Positions 49,982-61,110 of a stretch of 64,000 bases of DNA are shown piece after piece. A program made the position numbers and the translations under genes. The DNA comes from Candidatus Poribacteria bacterium (lineage in GTDB: Bacteria > Poribacteria > WGA-4E > WGA-3G): contig CBDBFU010000015.1 in assembly GCA_965205025.1 (NCBI GenBank), positions 256,001 to 320,000 on the forward strand, in the 5' to 3' direction. Under the pieces are notes generated by a model. It was not told the DNA's origin and made no database searches. It saw only the letters and a program-made list of their open reading frames with translations. Every line of letters starts with the position of its first letter. Position 1 is the stretch's first letter.

Positions 49982-52198
49982 TTAAAATTGAAAACTGATT
50001 CCAGCCTGCAGATTTAAGGGATTCCCCGGTGTAAAGTGAATTTCAGACACCGGTTCAGGTTCGTAATCTAACCGTGATTCTGTGTCAAACTGCGCTTCGT
50101 TCCATTCCACATCAAAGAGGTTTTCAGCAGCGACAAAATATTTGAACGGACCATACGTGTAAGAAAGGCCGAGATTTACCACAGTGTAACCTTCTGCGAT
50201 TACGCTACCATCCTCATTAGCGGGGCGGTCACCGATATGCCGATAACGTAAACTGGCATCCCAGCCAAAGGGGTGGAAAGCAGTTAAACCACCATTTGAG
50301 GTAATACGTGGTGCGAGCGGAATCAGATTAGCATCTTCAGGTTCATCAACGTATTTTCCTTGCGATAAGTTCACGTCTGCGTCTACCCATACCCATGGAA
50401 GAATCTTTACCCGTCCTTCAATATCAATACCGATCCGTTGTGATTTACCGCTGATTTCTGTTTCACCAGCATCCCCAACAAAAACTAATTCTTCGTCTAA
50501 TTCCAACCACCAGCAAGCAACCCCGATATTAAATCGGTCAAAATATCGTTGACGCGTGCCGATTTCAGCACCAATCGCACGAGGAAGCGTCTGAATTCCA
50601 GCGTGTTCTCGGTTGAAATTCATCTGTGTTAGACGCTCATCAATTTTGTCTTCACTCAACTCTTGACTTTTGTATGTTTGTTCTAAATCCGAAATTGTCT
50701 GTTCAATCACCACATCACGGGCATCGTTGGAGTGGAACCCCGTCCCGATATTTAAGAACATATCAAACGATTGGATAGGACTATAAACCATGTTGAACTT
50801 GGGATTGAGCCTGGCTTCCTGTGCATATCCTGAAGCATGCGGTAAAGTAACTGTTTCACCAGACAAGGTGTCAAGATGGTCTTCCACATTAAAAGTAAAG
50901 TAGTCCCCGCGCAAACCGAGTTGAAATCGTAGTTTGGTGTTAATGATTAACTCTTCTTGTGCCCAGAGAAATATGTTGCGTTCAATGATGCCTGAATCCA
51001 CCCTTTGTGTTAATCGTCTCCGATTTGGGCTATGCCAGAGACTAACTGCAATGTCGTCAGAACGAAATCCGCCACCGAACGTTGTATTTGCCTGTATTGA
51101 AGAGAGCAATTGCGTAAATTTATATTCGGTATTCAAACCGATAATGGTGCGGTCATCAGTCTGTTCAATCATGTCACCTTTTTCCAAGTCTTCAAGAAAG
51201 AAGGTAAAATTTGAGAACAATTTGAAATTATATCTACTGAAATAGGGTTGAAACAAGAATTGGCTGTTATTCTCACCGGCTGCTGTGTAAATCAAATTGA
51301 GATTTTGTCTACCTGTTTGTCCACCTTCAAGGTCGTCAATTGTTCCGAACCGTGAAATCAAACCGTTGTCAACAGCGCGTTTCGGAATTTGTCCCGAAGC
51401 GTCCCACGCAGAACTAAAGGAGCTTGCAGAAAGAGAAAGTTTGCTTGTTTCGTTTAGATCTGTCCGAAATTTTCCGAATAGATTCAATCTCTGGAAATCC
51501 TGTGCACTTTCAACGGGGCCGTCTGTATTATAAAACTGACTAGCAAAATATGCGTTTTGATGTTTGCCGACAGTAGGTACCTGGAACATCCCGGTGAATT
51601 TTTGGGTGTTAAACTCGCCTGCTTCGATTTTCAGCATATTTCTATCAATTCTGTCTTTTGTGTGGAACTGTACCGCACCTGCAGTCGAAAAATTGCCATA
51701 CCTGGCAAAGTATGGACCTTTAAAAACGTCAATTGATTCCACTAATTCAGGTATAGCAAAATGGATATCTGCATAACCCTGTCCGTGCCCGTGTGAGACC
51801 ATGTTCACTGGAATACCGTCAGATGAGATAGCGACATCTGTACCATGGTCGGCATCAAATCCGCGCAAAAAAATCTGCTCAGCTTTACCACCACCTGCGT
51901 GCTGTGCGATAACAAGCCCTGGTGCCAGTCGTAGCATATCTTGTGCTGTACTCACGGGTCGGACGTTTAGATCAAAATCTCGTATAGACCGTGAAGATGC
52001 TGTTGAATAGACACGTTCACCTGTAACTAAAATTTTCTCAAGTTCAACTATTTCGTCAGAAGATACAGAATCGCTTTCAGATTTCATGTCTTTATTCTCA
52101 GTCGTGTTGTCTTGTGCTTCAGATATTCCAAAGAAAAATAAGAAAATAAGTAATAAGGTTATCGGAAATTGAACGGAAAATAGAACGATTTTTTTCAT
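49982..52198 (-). CDS. TonB-dependent receptor
   Basis: LVTGE TonB box; plug QHAGGGKAEQIFLRGFDADHGTD, HGHGQGYAD; C-terminal F; start moved to MKKIVLF after an AGAGGA RBS. Confidence 0.92.
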   Translation of the reverse strand: MKKIVLFSVQFPITLLLIFLFFFGISEAQDNTTENKDMKSESDSVSSDEIVELEKILVTGERVYSTASSRSIRDFDLNVRPVSTAQDMLRLAPGLVIAQHAGGGKAEQIFLRGFDADHGTDVAISSDGIPVNMVSHGHGQGYADIHFAIPELVESIDVFKGPYFARYGNFSTAGAVQFHTKDRIDRNMLKIEAGEFNTQKFTGMFQVPTVGKHQNAYFASQFYNTDGPVESAQDFQRLNLFGKFRTDLNETSKLSLSASSFSSAWDASGQIPKRAVDNGLISRFGTIDDLEGGQTGRQNLNLIYTAAGENNSQFLFQPYFSRYNFKLFSNFTFFLEDLEKGDMIEQTDDRTIIGLNTEYKFTQLLSSIQANTTFGGGFRSDDIAVSLWHSPNRRRLTQRVDSGIIERNIFLWAQEELIINTKLRFQLGLRGDYFTFNVEDHLDTLSGETVTLPHASGYAQEARLNPKFNMVYSPIQSFDMFLNIGTGFHSNDARDVVIEQTISDLEQTYKSQELSEDKIDERLTQMNFNREHAGIQTLPRAIGAEIGTRQRYFDRFNIGVACWWLELDEELVFVGDAGETEISGKSQRIGIDIEGRVKILPWVWVDADVNLSQGKYVDEPEDANLIPLAPRITSNGGLTAFHPFGWDASLRYRHIGDRPANEDGSVIAEGYTVVNLGLSYTYGPFKYFVAAENLFDVEWNEAQFDTESRLDYEPEPVSEIHFTPGNPLNLQAGISFQF

Positions 52199-52298
52199 AA
52201 TTCCTCTTTTCTGTAACCTCTTGATTGAGGTGTATTTATTAACGTATGAGATAACGTGAGTTTGATAATTAAAAACTGGTAAATAGAGAACCCCTTTG

Positions 52299-53030
52299 TT
52301 ATAAGGATGAAAAGAACGCAATACACATCTCTGCTACTTCCTTCGGACGTTCATGGGGTAAATAATGTCCTGCATCTGGAATCCATTTAACGTGAATGTA
52401 GGGGTTAGGTGGAATATTCAAGAGATGTTCTGTTTCATCATTTCTCCCCATTTCACCGAATACCTCATAAATAGGAATGGATGCTTCTTTTAAGTAATTG
52501 TATCCATTAAAGGTTGCTACTGTATCCCAAAATTCTTGCCAGACACTTGTCCTAAAACAGGATCGAGTTTCATTTGATTTCTTTTTAATCTTAATGATTT
52601 CTGTATCGGAAAGCGTCCCGTAAAACCGGTCTGAGTCAAACGCTGTTCCTGCCGATTTAAGATTTGTCCAACCTTCTAACAAAACAAGGCCAATGACATA
52701 AGAACATCTGCTCGCTACATTCATTGATACCATGCCACCAAGGCTATGTCCAACAAGGATAACTTCTCTTATGTTTTGACTGTCAAGAAATGCAATGACA
52801 TCATCAGCGAGATCATGGATAGAAAATGTTTGGGTTGGAACAGCAGTCTTCCCGTGCCCGCGAAAATCGAGAGTAAGGTGACGTTGATGTGATGGAAGGT
52901 AATCAATTACGGATGACCAATCTGTTGAATCACAACCTGTACCGTGTAAGAAGAGTAGTGGTCGGGTAGTTCTCCCTGAATCGGTGAATGACATATCTCC
53001 CCAACCCAATTTTATTGTATCCATTTTCAT
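52299..53030 (-). CDS. Alpha/beta hydrolase
   Basis: FLHG, DFRGHG, GHSLGG, AGHY..ERP. Confidence 0.9.
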   Translation of the reverse strand: MKMDTIKLGWGDMSFTDSGRTTRPLLFLHGTGCDSTDWSSVIDYLPSHQRHLTLDFRGHGKTAVPTQTFSIHDLADDVIAFLDSQNIREVILVGHSLGGMVSMNVASRCSYVIGLVLLEGWTNLKSAGTAFDSDRFYGTLSDTEIIKIKKKSNETRSCFRTSVWQEFWDTVATFNGYNYLKEASIPIYEVFGEMGRNDETEHLLNIPPNPYIHVKWIPDAGHYLPHERPKEVAEMCIAFFSSL

Positions 53031-53063
53031 TGATTATAGGTCGGATAATAAGATGTTATGGGA

Positions 53064-53903
53064 TTATAAATCCCATATAGTTGCTGCTGTACCTCCAAGG
53101 ATGTTATCTTTATCATTAGAAGATAAAAATGGAAGTCCATCCTGTATGAGCCGTAGTTCATCTACTAATGTTGGCCAGTTGTGTTTTGTTCTATGATGAC
53201 CAGGATATCCTGTTCCCCAAACTGTTCGTTCTGATCCGAATGCTAACAGCAGCTTTTTTATGAATGGATGGACATCTGTAAACGGGAATTCCTGACTTGA
53301 ACGACCAGCAACATCTGATAGTTTAAAATAGATATTAGTGAATTTGGCAAGATCCACAATCGGTTGAAATAAAGTTGCATCCTCATCAACTTGCGGGTAT
53401 CCCATATGATCCAAGATGAGTTTTATGTGTGGATACTGTTGTGCGATGATAGCAATTTGATCTGCATGTTCAGCACGTAAATGAAATTGGATAACTGCAT
53501 CTACCGCTGCGATTTCCTCCCACAATGGTTTGTTCTCTTCAGTGATAAGTATCTTTTCATCTGGATAATACATTGGATGGAATCGGAAACCAGCCAATCC
53601 TCTATCCTTTATCCAATACCTTACCTGTTCGGCGTTATTAGGATCTTGAGGATCAATCAAACCGTGTCCTATAAACCTATTTGGAAATCGTTCTACAGAA
53701 TCAGCGATGTACCCGTTATCCCACGTTGACCAACTGGTTTGAACCAATACAGACCAGTCAACATTATGTAAGTCCATCTCCTCAAGGAGTTCATCTGCAG
53801 TTCCCGGTTCATCAGGTAATGAAGTCCAGTTTGGTGCTGTTGGTCCTACAGGATATTTCGGTGGATCTATTTCCCAGACATGGACATGTGTATCAACAAT
53901 CAT
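53064..53903 (-). CDS. Amidohydrolase_2 family protein
   Basis: DTHVHVW, GFRFH, LDHMG, WGTGYP. Confidence 0.9.
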   Translation of the reverse strand: MIVDTHVHVWEIDPPKYPVGPTAPNWTSLPDEPGTADELLEEMDLHNVDWSVLVQTSWSTWDNGYIADSVERFPNRFIGHGLIDPQDPNNAEQVRYWIKDRGLAGFRFHPMYYPDEKILITEENKPLWEEIAAVDAVIQFHLRAEHADQIAIIAQQYPHIKLILDHMGYPQVDEDATLFQPIVDLAKFTNIYFKLSDVAGRSSQEFPFTDVHPFIKKLLLAFGSERTVWGTGYPGHHRTKHNWPTLVDELRLIQDGLPFLSSNDKDNILGGTAATIWDL

Positions 53904-53923
53904 ATAAAATTACATCTCGTTTA

Positions 53924-55126
53924 TCAGGTTAGTAAATGTGCATCGACTGTCTCACCTGCTTTTACGGTAACACCTGAAGGTATAATGATTAATCCGTTGG
54001 CTAAAACAAGAGAATGTAAGATTCCTGAACCTTGAGGTCCCGTTGTTTTCGCAATGAATTGTCCGTCTTCTTCTGTCAGTATGGCACGCATATAATTCAC
54101 GCGACCATCTCTATTGGTGACATCCGTTTGCAGAATAGCTTTGAATGTAGGACGGAATAGATCAGTATGTCCAGCCATTTTCAGAAGTGCTGGACGAACA
54201 AATAATTCAAAGACAACAAGTGAAGATACAGGATTACCGGGTAGTCCAAAAACAGGTTTACCTTCAATATTGCCATAAGCCTGCGGTTTTCCAGGTTTCA
54301 TAGCAACTCGCCAAAAATTCATCTCACCTAACTTCGTCAATACGTTTTTCACTATATCGTGTTCGCCAACCGAAACACCACCACTTGTAATGAGAGCATC
54401 AGCCTGAGAAATCGACTCACGGAAGATACGCTCAGTTTCAACTTCATCGTCTGGTGCGATACCCATATCAATAGGAACACATCCAATCTCGTCTACCTGT
54501 GCAAAAATACCATACCTGTTACTATCACGAATTTTCCCCGGTTCCAACGGTTCACCGAGGGGTGTTAGTTCATCACCTGTTGAAACAATGGCAACTTTTG
54601 GTTTACGATAGACTTTAACATCCGTACAATTCAGTGATGCAAGCATTGAAACTTCTGGAGGACGTAATACTTTTCCAGGAGACATAACGCATTCCCCTTG
54701 ACTAACACTTTCTCCAGTAAACCGTACATTTTCATTCTCTTCAACTGATTCAAAAATACTAACTGTATTTCCTGTTAGTTCAGTGACCTCCTGCATGACG
54801 ACTGCATCTGCTCCTTCTGGCATCATAGCCCCTGTCATAATTCGTGCAGCTTGACCACTCTCAACAGTCTGCTTTGGTGCATATCCAGCAGCTATGGTCT
54901 CAACAACCGTTAGGGTTGTAGGTTTCTCTTTAGATACACCATTAACATCCTTTGATTGTATAGCAAATCCATCCATCGCAGAATTGTCAAACGGTGGTAT
55001 ATTTTCAGTTGCGTTTAGTGTTTCTGCGAGAACATATCCTGTCGATTCAAGTATTTCTCGAGATTCCGTGGATAACACAGGTATACTCTCTAACATTTTC
55101 TGTCGTGCTTCTTCAACACTAAGCAT
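53924..55126 (-). CDS. moeA: Molybdopterin molybdotransferase
   Basis: PPFDNSAMDGFA, RIMTGA, STGDEL, TSGGVSVG, KPGKP, GLPGNPVS. Confidence 0.95.
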   Translation of the reverse strand: MLSVEEARQKMLESIPVLSTESREILESTGYVLAETLNATENIPPFDNSAMDGFAIQSKDVNGVSKEKPTTLTVVETIAAGYAPKQTVESGQAARIMTGAMMPEGADAVVMQEVTELTGNTVSIFESVEENENVRFTGESVSQGECVMSPGKVLRPPEVSMLASLNCTDVKVYRKPKVAIVSTGDELTPLGEPLEPGKIRDSNRYGIFAQVDEIGCVPIDMGIAPDDEVETERIFRESISQADALITSGGVSVGEHDIVKNVLTKLGEMNFWRVAMKPGKPQAYGNIEGKPVFGLPGNPVSSLVVFELFVRPALLKMAGHTDLFRPTFKAILQTDVTNRDGRVNYMRAILTEEDGQFIAKTTGPQGSGILHSLVLANGLIIIPSGVTVKAGETVDAHLLT

Positions 55127-55152
55127 TCTTATTCACTCCATTCATATATCGA

Positions 55153-55647
55153 TTATGTCGCATGTCCAATAAGTAGTACTGCAGCAGGTAATGAGGATTC
55201 ATCAGACTTGTTAAATGCCCATTCAATATTTTCAATATCTGTATCGTGTTCTAACATCTTATAGGGTAAATTCCATGCATTTAGTGTTGGTTCCAAAAAG
55301 GTAGCAACAGAGTCAACCCAGTCTCCATTTTCATCTCGATTATGGTAACCCCGATAGCCGATGAACACAACAACAGGGATCTCCATATTGATAACTGTAC
55401 CGCGGATTGCATCCCCGGATTCCAAAAAACCTGTGTTTTGTATTATTATGATAGGGTTTTTGCCACCAATATACAAACCAGCTGCGATAGCAAACGCTTC
55501 ACCTTCGCGTGTTACAGTTATTACATCTATCTGTGATTCATCGCGTAGGAGTTCATATATCTTTGCACTACCATTATCTGGAACACCAACGGCATGCGTA
55601 ATATTATGCTCTTTTAATACCTTGACAATTTTCTGTGCTGTTGCCAC
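55153..55647 (-). CDS. TPP-dependent decarboxylase alpha subunit (sulfopyruvate/phosphonopyruvate decarboxylase-like)
   Basis: GVPD, TREGEAFAIAAG, QNTG, IGYRG. Confidence 0.8.
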   Translation of the reverse strand: MATAQKIVKVLKEHNITHAVGVPDNGSAKIYELLRDESQIDVITVTREGEAFAIAAGLYIGGKNPIIIIQNTGFLESGDAIRGTVINMEIPVVVFIGYRGYHNRDENGDWVDSVATFLEPTLNAWNLPYKMLEHDTDIENIEWAFNKSDESSLPAAVLLIGHAT

Positions 55648-55760
55648 AAATACTCCTTCATTCCAACTAAACTCTTAACCCTTTCTACATCATCAAATAT
55701 GACACATGAATACGGTGAAGGCAAATTTTCTTACCCAATGATAGTTCAAATATCGTGTAT

Positions 55761-57704
55761 TTATTGCCTACCTTCTACCAATGCATCTACCACTGTCGGA
55801 TCAGCTAATGTGGAGGTATCTCCCATGTCTGAAACATCTCCTTCAGCAATTTTCCGTAGAATCCTTCTCATAATCTTCCCCGAACGAGTTTTCGGTAATG
55901 CTGGTGTGAACTGGATTTTATCAGGTGTTGCTATAGGTCCGATATGTTTGCGTACTTCAAGTTTAATCTCAGCTGCAACATCATCTGATGGAGTCTCACC
56001 CGTCATCAGTGTAACATAGGCATAAATTCCCTGACCTTTAATGTCATGGGGGTATCCCACGACTGCAGCTTCAGCAACAGAATCATGTTGTCCGATTGCG
56101 CCTTCAACCTCAGCAGTTCCCAATCTATGTCCAGAAACATTGAGTACGTCATCTACTCGACCTGTAATCCAATAATATCCATCTTCGTCACGGAACACTC
56201 CATCCCCAGTCATATAGTAACCGGGGAAGCGACTGAAATAGACATCAATAAACCTTTCATGATCACCATAGACGGTCCGCATGATACCTGGCCATGCCCC
56301 TTTAATACACAGATATCCTGTTGCAGGATTCCCATGAACTTCGTTACCTTCTTCATCCAGAATAACAGGTTCAATCCCAAAGAATGGATAAGTTGCAGAA
56401 CCCGGTTTCAATGGAGTAGCTGCAGGTAATGGGGTAATAAGGATTCCTCCTGTTTCCGTCTGCCACCATGTGTCAACTATCGGACAACGTTTATCACCAA
56501 CAATATTGTAGTACCACAACCATTCCGGCTCTTTGATCGGTTCACCTACTGTTCCAAGAAGTCTAAGCGTAGATCTATCATACTTTTCTACCCATGTATC
56601 TCCCTCTTTCATCAATGCACGCAGAGCAGTAGGAGCCGTATAGAAGAGATTGATGTTATGCTTTTCTACCACTTGCCAGAATCGACCATAATCTGGGTAG
56701 TTGGGTACACCTTCAAACATAACAGTGATTGCACGATTGGCAAGTGGTCCGTATATAATATAGGAGTGTCCTGTAATCCATCCAATATCAGCAGTACACC
56801 AATACACATCCCCTTGATGGTAGTCAAAAATCTGTTCATGTGTATAAGAAGTATATACCAGATATCCGCCAGTCGTATGAAGAACACCTTTCGGTTTTCC
56901 AGTTGAGCCAGAGGTGTATAGAATAAAGAGTGGATCTTCAGCATTCATAACTTCAGGTTCACATTCGTCATCTGCAGTTTCCATTGCTTCATGCCACCAA
57001 ATATCGCGTGTCGAATTAAATTCGACATCATCACCTGTCCTTGCGACAACAACGACCTTTTCAATTGATGGACAATCCACTACTGCTGCATCAGCATTTG
57101 CTTTCATAGGTATGTCGCTACGAGGACCTCTCATGGCTGTATCTTGAGTGATAAGCAATTTACAGGAGGAATCATTAATACGATCCCGTAAGGATTCTGC
57201 TGAGAATGCCCCAAAAACGATAGAGTGAATAGCCCCGATTCTGGCACATGCTAACATTGCAATTGCTAATTCTGGGACCATCTGTAGGTAGATACACACC
57301 CGATCACCTTTTTCAATGCCTTGTGCTTTCAAAACATTCGCGAACTTCTTAACCTCAACTAATAGTTCATTAAAACTGAATGTTTTATCCTCGGATGGAT
57401 CATTTCCTTCCCAGATAATAGCGGTCTCATTTCCCTGTCCAGCTTCGACATGTCGATCAAGACAATTATAGCAGGCGTTTAATGTTGCACCTTCGAACCA
57501 CTTAATCTGTGCTTTTACAAAGTCATAATCCCGAACAGTATCCCATTTTTTGTACCATGTCAACCGTTCAGCGATATTTGCCCAAAATGCTTCAGGATCT
57601 TTAATTGATTCCGCATATTTTTCCTGGTATGCCTCTAAACTGTTAATGTGTGCTTCACCGATAGGATAATCCGTCTCCACTGGTGGAAAAACATTGTTTG
57701 CCAT
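55761..57704 (-). CDS. acs: Acetyl-CoA synthetase
   Basis: [43 protein letters not shown]. Confidence 0.97.
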   Translation of the reverse strand: MANNVFPPVETDYPIGEAHINSLEAYQEKYAESIKDPEAFWANIAERLTWYKKWDTVRDYDFVKAQIKWFEGATLNACYNCLDRHVEAGQGNETAIIWEGNDPSEDKTFSFNELLVEVKKFANVLKAQGIEKGDRVCIYLQMVPELAIAMLACARIGAIHSIVFGAFSAESLRDRINDSSCKLLITQDTAMRGPRSDIPMKANADAAVVDCPSIEKVVVVARTGDDVEFNSTRDIWWHEAMETADDECEPEVMNAEDPLFILYTSGSTGKPKGVLHTTGGYLVYTSYTHEQIFDYHQGDVYWCTADIGWITGHSYIIYGPLANRAITVMFEGVPNYPDYGRFWQVVEKHNINLFYTAPTALRALMKEGDTWVEKYDRSTLRLLGTVGEPIKEPEWLWYYNIVGDKRCPIVDTWWQTETGGILITPLPAATPLKPGSATYPFFGIEPVILDEEGNEVHGNPATGYLCIKGAWPGIMRTVYGDHERFIDVYFSRFPGYYMTGDGVFRDEDGYYWITGRVDDVLNVSGHRLGTAEVEGAIGQHDSVAEAAVVGYPHDIKGQGIYAYVTLMTGETPSDDVAAEIKLEVRKHIGPIATPDKIQFTPALPKTRSGKIMRRILRKIAEGDVSDMGDTSTLADPTVVDALVEGRQ

Positions 57705-58322
57705 TATAATCTCCTGTATCTAAATTCTCTTCCTAATAATCTGATTAATGAATGAGGGACAATATGGTAAGAAACACCGGTATAGTATTTTATTATATTA
57801 AATTTAGAACTTTTCTGTTTAGAATGGTGTCACTTGTCCTCAAATCTCTGTAATTCCATTTTAATGTATAAATGTAAAAGTGTCAACAGATTGGTGATAG
57901 TGGGTATTTAAAGTTCTTGGCATGAATTCCTATCTTCTGTATGGATTACGCAGATTACACATAATTCACATAAGTGAATCAACGTAAAATCCATGTAAAG
58001 AATTCATCAGGAGAGTATCAAGGTTAATATAAGTAGTAATACGTGATTATATTTGGATATATAGAGTGGATATTAATAGGGGTTGTTCAATACAATTAAT
58101 GTGTGGAGTTGATTGGTAGAATGTCATAGTCTTTACATTTCTCAATCACTATCTTTTCATTCTTACAGTTATCAAGTATTTCGTAATTCTCTTTAAGTTC
58201 TTTGATTTTGTTAATCTAAATACTATCCTGATCTAAGTAATCTTTAACGATGCAATACCAGTGCGTATCAACAAATATCATTATTGATACCAACCCTTAG
58301 AATAAAATCCAGCAATAAACAC

Positions 58323-58400
58323 GACTATTTTGGTTAGGAATTCATTATTTATTGACAATTTTGGTTAGATATATTATAATTGTTTTGCCTATTGGTTTAG
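58323..58400 (+). promoter_or_regulatory. Consensus sigma-70 promoter with repeated putative Rrf2 operator half-sites
   Basis: TTGACA (58352-58357), 17 bp, TATAAT (58375-58380); GACwATTTTGGTTAG at 58323 and 58354, and a related ATTGGTTTAG near 58391. Confidence 0.75.
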
Positions 58401-58415
58401 ATCAAGGAGTTATTC

Positions 58416-58853
58416 ATGCATTTATCAGCCAAGTTGAAGTATGCAGTTTGTGCTATGTTAGAACTCGGTTTGCAGTATCGTCAGGAATTCGTTTCGGTCA
58501 CAGCGTTAGCAGAAAAACGTAGTATTCCCGGTCCTTTCTTAGAAAAACTCCTGCTGGATCTGAAAAAAGCAGGATTAACGATAAGCCGTCGTGGACCAGA
58601 TGGTGGTTATAGTCTTGCGTTGCCACCTGATGAAATTCGTATTGGAGATATTTTCACCGCTGTTGATGGCCCCGTGAATTTTACAGAAGGATTTGAAACA
58701 CAAAATTCGTCTGAGATAGCTACTTTTTTTGCAGATATTGAGCAGGAAGTACGGGAGGTATTAAATACAAAGACACTCCATGAATTGTGTTGTCATGCCC
58801 GTAAACTAAAACAATTATCTCAGCCATCACATCCTCATCCTTTCTTTATATGA
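58416..58853 (+). CDS. Rrf2 family regulator, CymR-like (no Fe-S Cys triad)
   Basis: LEKLL..LKKAGL..S.RGPDGGY.LA; C-terminus PFFI; first gene of the cys operon. Confidence 0.9.
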   Translation: MHLSAKLKYAVCAMLELGLQYRQEFVSVTALAEKRSIPGPFLEKLLLDLKKAGLTISRRGPDGGYSLALPPDEIRIGDIFTAVDGPVNFTEGFETQNSSEIATFFADIEQEVREVLNTKTLHELCCHARKLKQLSQPSHPHPFFI

Positions 58854-59800
58854 AAATTGCTCAGAATCTTACTAAACTTATCGGGAATACACCTATGGTA
58901 CGCTTGAATGCGTTACCAAAGACTGAGGATGCAACAATCTATGCTAAATTAGAGTCGTATAATCCAGGTGGAAGTATAAAAGATCGCATAAGCTATGGAA
59001 TGGTAATTGATGCTGAAGAACGTGGGATTCTAAAACCGGGTGATACGATTGTTGAACCTACTGCGGGTAATACGGGAATTGGTTTATCTATTGTAGGAGT
59101 AGCCCGTGGGTACAATGTTACATTAACAATGCCTGAAAATGTTAGTAGTGAAAAATATGCACTGTTATCTGCTTTCGGTGCTAACATCGTACTAACACCT
59201 GAGCATGGAGGAATGGCAAGTGCGATTTGGGAGGCAGAAGAAATACTCCGTCTGAATCCGAGACATTATATGCCAAACCAATTTACAAACCTTGCTAATC
59301 CAAAAATCCATCGAGAAACAACAGCAGTAGAAATCTTAGATGCAGTAGAAAGGGATATAGATTATTTCGTAACAGGTGTTGGAACAGGTGGAACATTAAC
59401 AGGTGTTGGCGAAGTACTTAAAGCTAAGAATCCTGATACTAAAGTAATAGCAGTGGAACCTTTGGTATCTTCGGTTTTATCTGGTGGGATTCCTGGACCG
59501 ACACGGATAGATGGATTAGGAGCAGGCATGGTGCCAGAAGTACTAAACGTAGATATTATTGATGATATTATTGCAGTTTCGGAAGAGGTGGCATATCAGA
59601 CAATGAAAGAAATTTCGCAAAAAGAAGGTCTTTTAGTTGGAATGTCTTCTGGGGCAAATGTCAATGCTGCCCTACAAGTTGCAAAAGCAAAAGGTCCCGA
59701 GAAGACGGTTGTAACCATCCTGCCCGATACGGGTGAACGCTACTTTAGCCTAAGCAGATATTTTGAACTGGAAACCGATATTATGGAGACACTTCCATAA
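58850..59800 (+). CDS. cysK: Cysteine synthase
   Basis: IGNTPMV, KLE..NPGGSIKDR, EPTAGNTG, GVGTGGT, PDTGERY. Confidence 0.95.
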   Translation: MKIAQNLTKLIGNTPMVRLNALPKTEDATIYAKLESYNPGGSIKDRISYGMVIDAEERGILKPGDTIVEPTAGNTGIGLSIVGVARGYNVTLTMPENVSSEKYALLSAFGANIVLTPEHGGMASAIWEAEEILRLNPRHYMPNQFTNLANPKIHRETTAVEILDAVERDIDYFVTGVGTGGTLTGVGEVLKAKNPDTKVIAVEPLVSSVLSGGIPGPTRIDGLGAGMVPEVLNVDIIDDIIAVSEEVAYQTMKEISQKEGLLVGMSSGANVNAALQVAKAKGPEKTVVTILPDTGERYFSLSRYFELETDIMETLP

Positions 59801-59826
59801 AGAAGGGTATAACAGGATAGGATTGA

Positions 59827-60585
59827 ATGACATTTCAAATTCAGAGTGCTTCAATGGTAGAATTGAAGCAGCAAATTAGTTTAGAAGGTAATCCTCAAGA
59901 GATACTATTCTCTCTCTTCAAGCAATTTAACGAAAGCGCAGCTATAGTTACAAGTGGACAGTTATCTGGTATGGTGCAAATACATCTTGCTGCAGAGAAC
60001 AATCTACCATTTCGAGTATGTACTATTGATACACTCCGTCTTTTTCAAGAAACATATACCTTTTTCGAACAGGTCGAGAAGCGGTACGGTATCCAAATAG
60101 AGAGAATTCAACCTGAATCTAATGAAGTAGAGAAAATGGTCAATGAACACGGTGAATTCCTATTCTTTGACAGTAGAGAAAAACAGAGATTCTGTTGTGA
60201 TATACGAAAAGTCCGTCCCATGCAACGACTATTAGAGACTTTAGATGTATGGATAACAGGAACGCGGAGAGACCAGTCTGAATCACGACAAAATTTCCAG
60301 AAAGTGGAGATAATTTCTTCCATGGCACACCCAATCCTTAAGGTAAGTCCATTAATCGACTGGACAGAAGAAGAAATTTGGAGATTTGTCCGAGAAAATG
60401 ATGTACCAGTGAATCCTTTGTTTGAACCAGATTCTCAAGGTCATTTTTATGAATCACTCGGGTGCAAGATTTGTACGACTCGAATCCGTCCAGGTGAACC
60501 CAAACGTGCTGGTCGATGGCGTTGGCAGAATGCTGCAGATACAGAAGAAAACAACAAAGAATGTGGTTTACACTACTCAATCTAA
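59827..60585 (+). CDS. cysH: Adenosine 5'-phosphosulfate reductase ([4Fe-4S] CysH type)
   Basis: CC..RKV.P, TG.RRDQS..R, SLGCKICT, RAGRW, ECGLH. Confidence 0.9.
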   Translation: MTFQIQSASMVELKQQISLEGNPQEILFSLFKQFNESAAIVTSGQLSGMVQIHLAAENNLPFRVCTIDTLRLFQETYTFFEQVEKRYGIQIERIQPESNEVEKMVNEHGEFLFFDSREKQRFCCDIRKVRPMQRLLETLDVWITGTRRDQSESRQNFQKVEIISSMAHPILKVSPLIDWTEEEIWRFVRENDVPVNPLFEPDSQGHFYESLGCKICTTRIRPGEPKRAGRWRWQNAADTEENNKECGLHYSI

Positions 60586-60756
60586 TTGATGAGAATTCAT
60601 CTCGATTTATACACTAATGTTATAAACAAGTCCTGCTAATTTAAGCAATGTCTTATATTAGAGTAATAAGTAATTTAGAACTATAAAATTATAAATTTCG
60701 ATTTTCAACATTAACTTTGTGTCATTATGCTGACACATATAACATGGAGGATAAAC

Positions 60757-61035
60757 ATGTCAGTTACAGTTCGTATACCAACACCTCTGAGACGATTGAC
60801 GCAAAATCTCGCAGAGGTAGAAACAGAAGGTCCGGATATCAACACTATCATAGAAAATTTGGATACAAGTTATCCAGGTATGAAAGAACGTATTTGCGAT
60901 GAAGATGGGAATATACGACGGTTTGTTAACATATATCTCAACGACGAAGATATCCGTTTTCTTGATGGCAAATCCACAGAGGTTGAAGACGGTGCTGAAA
61001 TTTCAATCATCCCTGCAATCGCTGGCGGGAAATAA
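60757..61035 (+). CDS. MoaD/ThiS/CysO-like ubiquitin-fold sulfur carrier
   Basis: GGAGG RBS; V.VRIPTPLR, RRFVNIYLN.EDIRFL, IIPAIAGG-K. Confidence 0.92.
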   Translation: MSVTVRIPTPLRRLTQNLAEVETEGPDINTIIENLDTSYPGMKERICDEDGNIRRFVNIYLNDEDIRFLDGKSTEVEDGAEISIIPAIAGGK

Positions 61036-61110
61036 CTACCTATATTACAGTTTACTTGTAAGAGGATAGATATCCTCTTACAAGATAGATTATACAATTT
61101 TATTAACGAA

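Noticed and set aside
52199-52321. Riboswitch or Fur box upstream of the TonB receptor; N-terminal extension in the track
   Set aside because: Only about 100 bp intergenic, no recognisable aptamer, weak GATAAT match; a better RBS lies at the 52198 start
57705-58322. Long intergenic region as possible ncRNA or small gene
   Set aside because: No convincing structure or ORF; consistent with a divergent promoter region
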